Of a stretch of 32,392 bases of DNA, positions 23,102 through 32,392 are shown piece by piece. Position 1 is the first letter of the stretch. Each line of letters starts with the position of its first letter. The DNA comes from Octopus bimaculoides (Eukaryota): NCBI RefSeq assembly GCF_001194135.2, contig NC_068991.1, positions 1,094,545-1,126,936 of the forward strand, read 5' to 3'. The translations under genes and the position numbers were made by a program. The notes beneath the pieces are model-generated. The model was not told the origin of the DNA, ran no database searches, and saw only the letters and a program-made list of their open reading frames with translations.

Positions 23102-23102
<1 letters not shown>
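21859..23102 (-). mobile_element. 5'-truncated L1/Tx1-clade LINE: ORF2 C-terminus, 3' UTR and polyA signal (gap at 22793-23028)
   Basis: Minus frames: ...MDNFQKSLAW...; CLRYAQSDETVLHALLQSLRIADLW (22518-22444; decayed zf-RVT-type C..C...ET..H...C motif); VAKEIMWWTRLKG...FFKFHLERKVRVERQVL...KRWV. A 3' UTR of ~290 nt follows, with AATAAA at 21871-21866 just before the tail. Confidence 0.8.
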
Positions 23103-23145
<43 letters not shown>

Positions 23146-23161
23146 TATAATAATAATAATA

Positions 23162-23196
<35 letters not shown>

Positions 23197-23232
23197 AATA
23201 ACAATAATAATAATAATAATATTGATAATAAT
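23103..23232. repeat. (AAT)n-(GAT)n-(AAT)n at the LINE 5' junction
   Basis: Directly visible. Confidence 0.97.
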
Positions 23233-23339
23233 AAATGTTTCTACTTTTCTTCTTATTCTACTACTACTCATTATTATTATTATCATTATTATTGTCAATG
23301 GCAATGCTTAATAAAAGGACTAAGGAAGACGTTAAGCTT

Positions 23340-23640
23340 TGGTGTCGACAACGTTCGAACGCCCCGTGCCCGTGCCACGGCGTCACCATTCAGTTCAACG
23401 AGGAAATATGTCCAGCTGTATTTCGTCCTCTTTGGTTGTTTCCGGCGGCGCCGCCTCTTCGACAGAAGCAGCGAGGATCACCTCCAGGTGTTCTTCTTTT
23501 TAAATACATCCCCCCCCCGCCGCCCCCCTATCGCTCCGCCCACTAACTGGACCCTACAAAGGATCCCAGATTTCTCTTTTCATGAGCAGCTCCTTCTTAG
23601 TGACACTCCCAACGATCGCGGCGCAAGCGCACTCACACAC
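23340..23640. promoter_or_regulatory. GC/CpG-rich island with GC boxes
   Basis: CCGCCC at 23520-23525 and 23536-23541, palindrome GGCGGCGCCGCC at 23444-23455, minus-strand TATTTAAA at 23506-23499. Confidence 0.28.
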
Positions 23641-24096
23641 ACAAAGGCAAAACGCCCGATATAGAGACGTAATCCTCCATGCATGTGTGCGTGTGAGTGC
23701 GTGTGTGTGTGTTTGTGTGTGTATTTATCTATATATTTGTATGTATGTATAAATATATATAAATATATATACATACATACATACATGCGTGTGTGTGTAT
23801 GTATTTGTCTGTATTATGTATGCATACACACATATGCCTATTTACACACACGCCCGCGCACATTCATAATTGTGTGTGTGTGTGTGTGTGTGTGTTTGTC
23901 CCTGCTTTGTTTATATCCTTAAAACTTCGACAAAAATCCTGCGATAGAATAAGATGGACTGAAGTTAAGTTGATGCGCTAAATCCTCCAAGAGGGTGGTC
24001 ACACAGACACCCTCCTCCACACGGCCTTACGATCGTGAACCGGATACCGCTCATCACTAAGCCACGCCGCCCTTCACACACACACACACACACACG

Positions 24097-24139
24097 AATT
24101 ACTACTACTACTACTACTACTACTACTACNNNNNNNNNN

Positions 24140-24168
<29 letters not shown>
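24097..24168. repeat. (TAC)n with a 10-N gap
   Basis: Directly visible. Confidence 0.97.
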
Positions 24169-24170
<2 letters not shown>

Positions 24171-24350
24171 TGGCAAAAGGCCAATGCTCCACGTATTTCC
24201 AGGGGGGAAAAAAGGGGCATTTGAGGGTACTGAAGGAACTTACAGAAAAGTTGAAAATGATGATGATGATGATGATGACGACGACGATGATGATGATTTC
24301 TAACACAGTCAGAGAGCTCAGATTTGAGAGAAGAATGTAGCCGCAACGTC

Positions 24351-24490
24351 TGACTGGTATTGTATTATGTCGGTCCCAGAAACGTAAGAGACAAAATTTA
24401 CCTTGCTGGGATTTGAACTCAGAACGTAAATAAAATGCCGGAACAAGAAATAAAAACTGGCTTGTCTGACACTCTGATGATTCTGCGACA
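24351..24490 (-). mobile_element. SINE family 1, diverged copy
   Basis: Minus strand gcagaatcatcaga...tttacgttctgagttcaaatccc...aataccagtc. Confidence 0.72.
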
Positions 24491-24599
24491 CAGGCCAAAG
24501 GTCACCTATTTTGGGAGATCCCTGCAAATACTTCACTGGTACTAAATGACCCCGGAAAGATGAAAGGCAAAGTTCACACCGGCGGGATTTGAACTCAGG
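24491..24599 (-). mobile_element. SINE family 1, headless fragment in tandem with the preceding copy
   Basis: Minus strand ctgagttcaaatcccgccggtgtgaactttgcctttcatctttccggggtc...agtaccagt. Confidence 0.8.
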
Positions 24600-24919
24600 C
24601 ATAAAAGACACTTATTTTGTGTGTTGCCCTACAGATTGTGGCAGGGAGTTGAAGGAGACCCTGGAATCTTTGGAAGGCCAATATCCAGCTGTCATTTGGG
24701 GAGTATCAACTGGTGTTAATTACGGCGATTAATTATGACTGACATTCAGGATTATTGGTGGCCATCATGGTCGAGGGGATTGAGAGAAGGGGAGGAGAGG
24801 AAAACAAAGTCGAAAGTTTTGGGTGGACCCAGTTTTTGTACCATATTTCTTTGACATTAATGTCACCATGCACACACACACACACACATTTATGTACATA
24901 AAAACATACAAAATAAGCT

Positions 24920-25632
24920 CAAGAACACTTGTATATATGTATGTATGTATGCATGCATGCATGCATGTATGTGTGTATGTATATATGTGTATATATATGT
25001 GTATATATGTATATNNNNNNNNNNNNNNNNNNNNNNNNNNNNNNNNNNNNNNNNNNNNNNNNNNNNNNNNNNNNNNNNNNNNNNNNNNNNNNNNNNNNNN
25101 NNNNNNNNNNNNNNNNNNNNNNNNNNNNNNNNNTATATATATATATAATATATATATATACATATATATCTATCGATCTACATTTATACGTAGACAGATA
25201 GATATACATATAACCATATATATATGAATATGCAAATGCGTGTACGCTTGTATATACATATATACGCATATTTCTATGAATACAAATGCATTTAGATATA
25301 TAAATATACACACACACACATATATATCCGCCTTCTCATGCATACGCATACTCATATTTATACATACACACACACGCACATACACGTACATATATATAGG
25401 AATATATATACGCATATGAACACATGTAAATATACACACAATTATATAAAACAGACCTCCATACACACATTGGATATACATACATTCATATATGCACTCT
25501 TATATACGCACACACATATATTTGTATACAAACACACACAAGTATAATCATGTGTGTGTGTGTGTGTGCCTGTGTGTGTGTGTGTATCTCTGTGTGTGTG
25601 AGTGTATGCGTGTGTGTGTGTGTGTGTGTGGT
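24920..25632. repeat. Degenerate (TA)n/(TACA)n/(TG)n region with a gap
   Basis: Directly visible. Confidence 0.92.
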
Positions 25633-25933
25633 TGTATACATAGGGTTAGAATCTAAGTTGTGTTGTCTTGAAGAATCTCTGCTTCTTGCATTATTCCAAA
25701 TCCGTATGGAGATGTTACATTCGTGTGAGATATCCATAAGTGTATTCTTTGATTCTCCGTCTAAAGAATTTCCAGTCGGAGACATCTTCCCTATTTTCTA
25801 CTCCATGTACAATTTAGTAACTCCTATTAGCAAACGGAACGTGTGTAATGGTGCATCAATAATACCAAAACGTTCTCCAGTCTCCTGTCTTCATATATGT
25901 GTATGTATGCTTGTGTTTGAATTTATAAAGACA

Positions 25934-25988
<55 letters not shown>

Positions 25989-27169
25989 NNNNNNNNNNNN
26001 NNNNNNNNNNNNNNNNNNNNNNNNNNNNNNNNNNNNNNNNNNNNNNNNNNNNNNNNNNNNNNNNNNNNNNNNNNNNNNNNNNNNNNNNNNNNNNNNNNNN
26101 NNNNNNNNNNNNNNNNNNNNNNNNNNNNNNNNNNNNNNNNNNNNNNNNNNNNNNNNNNNNNNNNNNNNNNNNNNNNNNNNNNNNNNNNNNNNNNNNNNNN
26201 NNNNNNNNNNNNNNNNNNNNNNNNNNNNNNNNNNNNNNNNNNNNNNNNNNNNNNNNNNNNNNNNNNNNNNNNNNNNNNNNNNNNNNNNNNNNNNNNNNNN
26301 NNNNNNNNNNNNNNNNNNNNNNNNNNNNNNNNNNNNNNNNNNNNNNNNNNNNNNNNNNNNNNNNNNNNNNNNNNNNNNNNNNNNNNNNNNNNNNNNNNNN
26401 NNNNNNNNNNNNNNNNNNNNNNNNNNNNNNNNNNNNNNNNNNNNNNNNNNNNNNNNNNNNNNNNNNNNNNNNNNNNNNNNNNNNNNNNNNNNNNNNNNNN
26501 NNNNNNNNNNNNNNNNNNNNNNNNNNNNNNNNNNNNNNNNNNNNNNNNNNNNNNNNNNNNNNNNNNNNNNNNNNNNNNNNNNNNNNNNNNNNNNNNNNNN
26601 NNNNNNNNNNNNNNNNNNNNNNNNNNNNNNNNNNNNNNNNNNNNNNNNNNNNNNNNNNNNNNNNNNNNNNNNNNNNNNNNNNNNNNNNNNNNNNNNNNNN
26701 NNNNNNNNNNNNNNNNNNNNNNNNNNNNNNNNNNNNNNNNNNNNNNNNNNNNNNNNNNNNNNNNNNNNNNNNNNNNNNNNNNNCCCTTCCCACCACTTTA
26801 TCACTCTCTTCTCCTCCTCCCACCACCACTATTCTCCCCACGCACCTCCGTCACTTGCCACTTCCAAGGGAAATTCCTTCCTGAACAAAACGACTTGTTT
26901 CCATTCCTCCCTCCCCGCATGTTCGGGCCCCACCTCCATCCTCCCACTCACCTCCCCCTGTTACCGTTCCCCCATATCTGGACACCCCCCCTTCTTTGAT
27001 CCGCCCTCCACCTCCCAAATACCTCACGCTCTGTCTGATAACTGCTGCAGCCACTGTTCAATGTTGTGTCGGAATGTTGGAAGGACTCGGAATTACCACT
27101 TGCAGACATTTCTCCGACATTCCATTAGAGTGATTTACATGGCATCGCTTCATGAGACCATGGAGGAAT

Positions 27170-27410
27170 GGTGGTGCCGGTGGCGGCGGCGGTGGCGGTG
27201 GCGGTGGCAGTGGTGGTGGTAGTGGTAGAGCTAATGGCGGTGATTGTGGAATTGGTGATGACTGTGGTGGTGGTTGTGGTAGTAGTGGCGGCGGAGGTAA
27301 TGGTGGTGATGGTGATACTTATTGTGGTGGTGGTGGTGGTGGCGGTAGTGAGGCTTTTGGCGTAATAATGTTGATGATGATAGTGATATTGTGATAATGT
27401 TGGTGTTGAT
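27170..27410. repeat. Degenerate (GGT)n/(GGC)n tract
   Basis: Directly visible. Confidence 0.93.
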
Positions 27411-28170
27411 GTTAATGTCTCGTCTGGAAACGACCAGTTTTTCTGATCCTCCTGTTGCTCCAGCATGGCTTAGCTTTCGTTCGAAACATACCGCGTAATC
27501 CCTTTCTCTCTCTCTCTTGTTCTCCTTTTCTCTTTACGTCTTTTACTCTCCCAACCCCTCTTTCTTCTCTCTCTCCCCCTCCCCTCAAATGACGTCATTT
27601 ATCGAAGTCAATCAAATAAACGGCAATCGTTTTGACAAAGAAGAATGATGTTAAAATATGCGTGCGATGCGTGCGTGCGTGTGTGTGTGTGTGTGTGCGT
27701 GTGTGTGAGTGTGCGCGTGCGTGCATCTGCGTCTGTATTATGTAGACATCGATTTCTCACATTACGCAGGTATTGATTTTTTCGCACACACACACGCACA
27801 CACATATACCCAGGCAGACACATGTGTATGTGTATATGTGTGTGGTGTATATATACTCTCAAAGATCNNNNNNNNNNNNNNNNNNNNNNNNNNNNNNNNN
27901 NNNNNNNNNNNNNNNNNNNNNNNNNNNNNNNNNNNNNNNNNNNNNNNNNNNNNNNNNNNNNNNNNNNNNNNNNNNNNNNNNNNNNNNNNNNNNNNNNNNN
28001 NNNNNNNNNNNNNNNNNNNNNNNNNNNNNNNNNNNNNNNNNNNNNNNNNNNNNNNNNNNNNNNNNNNNNNNNNNNNNNNNNNNNNNNNNNNNNNNNNNNN
28101 NNNNNNNNNNNNNNNNNNNNNNNNNNNNNNNNNNNNNNNNNNNNNNNNNNNNNNNNNNNNNNNNNNNNNN

Positions 28171-28325
28171 NACGCTCTGAGTTCTAATTCCGCCGGGGTC
28201 GACTTTGCCTTTCATCCTTACTGTGTCGATAAATTAAGTACCAGTTGCGCACTGGGGTCGATGTAATCGCCTGGGCCCCCCTCCCCCCAAATTTTAGACC
28301 TTGTGCCTATAGCAGAAGGGATTAT
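28171..28325 (+). mobile_element. SINE family 1 (head lost in the gap)
   Basis: ctgagttctaattccgccggggtcgactttgcctttcatcc...gtcgataaattaagtaccagttgcgcactggggtcgatgtaatcg...ccttgtgcctatagcagaagggattatt. Confidence 0.92.
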
Positions 28326-29019
28326 TAGTGTATTTCTAAGGTTTTTCAGATGTTTTTTAGATTGGATGGTATTTGCTTGCTATTTCTAGTAGGGCAAAGT
28401 GACTGCAGAAGTTCCTTTGGTAGTTCACTGTTAGATATTCATCTCTGATAAATGACCGACTCTTTTAATAATGGCAAAAACCAGTGAAGTACCGTTCTGG
28501 TGAGGCGTCGCATACATCGCCTGTAACCTGACCGAGTTCTGCAGTTGTCTCTGGAACGGAATAAATGATCGTTTTGACGAAAACTAGGTTTTTTAATTTC
28601 CCATGGCGCACATCATAAGGCATATAAAAAGAAGACATTGCCAATATGAACAATCAATTTAATCGAGGGCGAGAAAGCGAAAGAGAAAAGGGGGGAAAGA
28701 ATCGGAATCGAGTTAAGTGAAACTGGCTCATCCTGGCAATGAAACCACATCGCAAGAAGTGTTTTTCTTTTTCTTCCTGTAATTTAAGCCCTTACATAAG
28801 GTTTAGGTAGTGGGGCTAAAACTTATCAGTTCTTGCACAGCATGAAGCAGGATCGTTGACACCCGGGGTAAGAAATTGGTAAATATTTCTGTAGGGACGT
28901 AAGTGGAAGACGAGTAGCGATGGGGAGCAGGAAGACAGCTGACGGAGGAAGAGTTGGAGTTCAATTAATATAGAAGGTGCATTGTCTTGTGTGACTGTCA
29001 GGATGAGAGATACATTGAT

Positions 29020-29067
29020 AGACAGATAGACAGATAGATAGAAAGAGAGAGAGAGAGAGAGAGAGAT

Positions 29068-29134
<67 letters not shown>

Positions 29135-29215
29135 TAATACATGCATATATACATATACATACACACACACGTACACTCATATGAAAAGAGAGAGTGTGTG
29201 TGTGTGTGTGTGTAT
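29020..29215. repeat. (GAYA)n-(GA)n then (TA)/(CA)/(TG) tracts
   Basis: Directly visible. Confidence 0.95.
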
Positions 29216-29459
29216 GTGTATCTAGCTGTGATCAGACATCGCTCTATCAACAGCAACACCTCACCACTTCATGATGGCTGACATTTCTTTACCATAACGC
29301 TTCCGTATAGATACATACATACAAACAAACCAAAGAACACAAAAGAGACATTGACAACAACGCCACCATCTTTTTCGTAGCAGTTTCTTCTGCGATTTTT
29401 CTCGTATTTTTAAATCATTTTCTTTCCGTTTTTGCCCCGAGTTTGATCTTTTGATGATT

Positions 29460-29700
29460 GTATAAGGAGAGGAGGGAGGGGAGGAGGGAGGAGGGAGGGA
29501 GAGAAAGAAGAGGAGAAGAAGAAAAAGATTGGAAGAAAGAGAGGGAAAAGGAAGTAAGAAAAGAAGGCATCCAGGAAGTTAAGGGAAGAAGAGAGAAAGT
29601 AAAGAATACCGGAAGACAAAGAGAAAAAAATTGGAAGAAGAAAGAAAGAAAGAAAAGAGAAAAAAGAAAAGAAAGAAAAGAAGAAAGATTGAAGTATTTG
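29460..29700. repeat. Purine-rich (GA/GAAA) low-complexity tract
   Basis: Directly visible, nearly pure A/G on the plus strand. Confidence 0.88.
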
Positions 29701-29835
29701 GATGGAATCAGCAGGATGGAAATAACAGAATTGGTTTTTGTTCAATTTTGACTCTTTTTTAAAGATGTGGTCGCTCTATTTGCCTGAAACAGCAGTCAAA
29801 TCTCTCTTAACTCATAGAGTATCGTCTTTTAAATG

Positions 29836-29942
29836 GAGGGCAGATCAGATAATGTCATCTTAGGAATACGACTGAGAGAATAAGTTGGTCACAGGTGGAT
29901 TTTCTTTGATCATAGATCGGTTGGATCTGGTTTGATCTGGAA
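29836..29942 (+). mobile_element. Dispersed repeat family X, diverged copy D
   Basis: cagataatgt...ttggtcacagg...ctttgatcatag...gatct...gatctgg loosely follows copies A and B. Confidence 0.45.
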
Positions 29943-30257
29943 TTGCGCGCTTCAATACTGTCATGTATATGTAATTATATTCGTGCTTATATCTTAATGT
30001 CTGTCTGTATGTCGAATGGCCCCTGATTTCAATGCGTTTAGACTCACTTTTTTTTTTATTATTTACATTGCAAATGTTATCAAACCGTAAAATAAATAAT
30101 AAAAAAAATATTTGCAGACGACTTTAGGCTTCAGAAATTCCTCAAAGGCTTTCTGTGAANNNNNNNNNNNNNNNNNNNNNNNNNNNNNNNNNNNNNNNNN
30201 NNNNNNNNNNNNNNNNNNNACCAAACCTAAACAAAGCAAAAGAAAACAAAAGAAAAA

Positions 30258-31010
30258 AACATGCTAAAAGAGGAAAAATTCCAACTGATCCATTTTGGTA
30301 AAGAAAATCTTGTTATAGAGCCATATTCTCTTCGTTCGAAGAAAGTCTTCGCAATGTCAGATAACATCAAAGATCCAGGTTGAACTTTTGACAACAACCT
30401 AAGGTGAAGTGTGCACGTCTATAATGAAGTCGATATGGACAGCAGAATGTGTTCTAGGATCCTTGGAACTTTCCAGTCCAGAGACCTTGATACCATCAAT
30501 ATTTTCTTTATGTTTGTTAGGTTTCGCCTTGAATATTGCTGCCCACGGGGATCGTCTTACAAGAAACAAACCATTATGAGACTTGAGGCATCCAATGGTC
30601 AATCTCGAAAATAAAAGAATAAATAAATGGCATGATAGCTATTGATTCTTGGCATCGGCTCAAAAAGCTAAAACTCTGATCTCGCCAACGCCACGTGATC
30701 GTTGTATCTTCTGTAGAATGTGGAAAATATTCCATCAAAATTGTCCGAACGATGTTGGAATCAAGTTCAGAAATCATTCAAGGTTTTGATCCCAAAGCCA
30801 CTCGATCCCTACAAAAACTGAGCTCATATCACATAGCAGCATTGCAACGCATTTTGCCTCAAGTTTTCCTGTTTTATCCAACATTGTTATTCAGAAAGAA
30901 ATCAAAGAAGAAAAACTCGCCATTGCATACAAAATTCTTCCAGGGACACCCCGCCCAAAACAATTCCATCGTCTGGTTATATCACAGCAAACAATTCCAT
31001 ACCTGATGCC
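30258..31010 (+). mobile_element. Decayed CR1/L2-group LINE: RT C-terminal region
   Basis: One frame reads NMLKEEKFQLIHFGK...NIKDPG*TFDNNLR*SVHV...RILGTFQSRD...FVRFRLEYCCP (cf. KDLG+..D..L.W..H, +LRTF.SRD, VRP.LEYC). Frameshifted continuation reads WHRLKKLKL*SRQR, MWKIFHQNCPNDVGIKF. Multiple stops and frameshifts. Confidence 0.85.
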
Positions 31011-31714
31011 ACAAATTATCACTCAAAATACTACCTTATGTGTTGCTGACCTAGGTAAACATGGCTTGGACGAATAATGGCCAAAACCTGTCTGTTGACT
31101 AAATTTTATACACACATACACACGCATGCACAGACACACAACGCACACGTGCACATACACACACGCACGCACGCACGCACGCTCACACACACCCGCATAT
31201 GCATTGCCGCTTATGAAGTTGAAAATGCACTGAAAATAGTTAAAATATTTTTTATTAATGTCATCCTTAACTAACGACGCCAAACGTTGTCACTTGATAC
31301 TAAACACACGGACGTCGCGGGGAATCTTCAAAATTTCTAAGATCAGTTTTTCTCCCAAGAAATTGCTTNNNNNNNNNNNNNNNNNNNNNNNNNNNNNNNN
31401 NNNNNNNNNNNNNNNNNNNNNNNNNNNNNNNNNNNNNNNNNNNNNNNNNNNNNNNNNNNNNNNNNNNNNNNNNNNNNNNNNNNNNNNNNNNNNNNNNNNN
31501 NNNNNNNNNNNNNNNNNNNNNNNNNNNNNNNNNNNNNNNNNNNNNNNNNNNNNNNNNNNNNNNNNNNNNNNNNNNNNNNNNNNNNNNNNNNNNNNNNNNN
31601 NNNNNNNNNNNNNNNNNNNNNNNNNNNNNNNNNNNNNNNNNNNNNNNNNNNNNNNNNNNNNNNNNNNNNNNNNNNNNNNNNNNNNNNNNNNNNNNNNNNN
31701 NNNNNNNNNNNNNN

Positions 31715-31779
<65 letters not shown>
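31715..31779. repeat. (CA)n-(TA)n
   Basis: Directly visible. Confidence 0.97.
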
Positions 31780-31781
<2 letters not shown>

Positions 31782-32117
31782 GGTATATGTCCATAGCCCC
31801 ATCCACACCCACCAAATACATATGTTTAGTGCCATGCATACCCTTTCTGTAATTGTAGTAGCAGCATCCGTAGAAGCGGAGAAATACCAACCCGAAAGCC
31901 AAATGTAAGGAATGGTACTTAATTAGGAAATCAATAGCTAAAGTTGCCGAAGAATATGTCTTGCTAATGTTTTCTCGGAGAATCAGATCTGTCTTTAATT
32001 CTTTCTAAATGTCTCTTATGTATCAATAGCTCTGAAATATGTCTTAATGATGTACGTCTTGCTCCTCTCAAATATCGCTCTGGCCAGCTATACATGTGTA
32101 TGTGCCTCTGTATTTGG

Positions 32118-32119
<2 letters not shown>

Positions 32120-32153
<34 letters not shown>

Positions 32154-32392
32154 GCGCATGCATATGTGTGTGTGTGTGTGTGTGTTTCATTTTGAAAAAA
32201 TATGCCCCCTAATGGCGTCTTAAGTTGCCCAACACATTCATTTATAAATGTTCAACATACGAGCATATACCACTGACACGTACACGCACACGCACACGCA
32301 CACGCACACGCACACATTAGTATACATACATACATACATACATACATACATACATACATACATACACACACACACATATATATATATATATA
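32120..32392. repeat. (CA)n, (TG)n, (CACACG)n, (TACA)n and (TA)n tracts
   Basis: Directly visible. Confidence 0.95.

Noticed and set aside
25640-25890. Stop-free unique stretch within the 444-aa ORF
   Set aside because: No recognisable domain or convincing splice sites; the ORF length comes from (TG)n, (AG)n and Ns.
28465-28653. 62-aa minus-strand ORF
   Set aside because: Short, within chance expectation, and has no motif.

Overview
Non-coding, repeat-dense eukaryotic DNA from a gappy draft assembly. It has 16 N-runs (about 5 kb, ~15% of the window), many abutting simple repeats. The very high density of (TA)n/(CA)n/(TACA)n/trinucleotide tracts and the tRNA-derived SINEs resemble a coleoid cephalopod, most likely Octopus (recalled resemblance, not a database match). 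No host protein-coding gene, tRNA/rRNA gene or CRISPR array can be supported; almost all ORF-track entries are translations of microsatellites or N-gaps. Supportable content: (i) about 10 copies or fragments of two tRNA-derived SINE families and four copies of another dispersed repeat; (ii) decayed 3' portions of four different retroelement lineages (RTE-like, Penelope-like, L1/Tx1-like, CR1-like), two of them invisible in the ORF track; (iii) a probable mariner remnant; (iv) several motif-dense candidate cis-regulatory islands. The most interesting structures are a 252-bp nested fold-back hairpin (3067-3318), a Tx1/L1-like LINE flanked on both sides by (AAT)n, and an inverted SINE pair that would form dsRNA if transcribed. 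I do not see solid evidence of a wholly new multi-gene system; these are leads to test.
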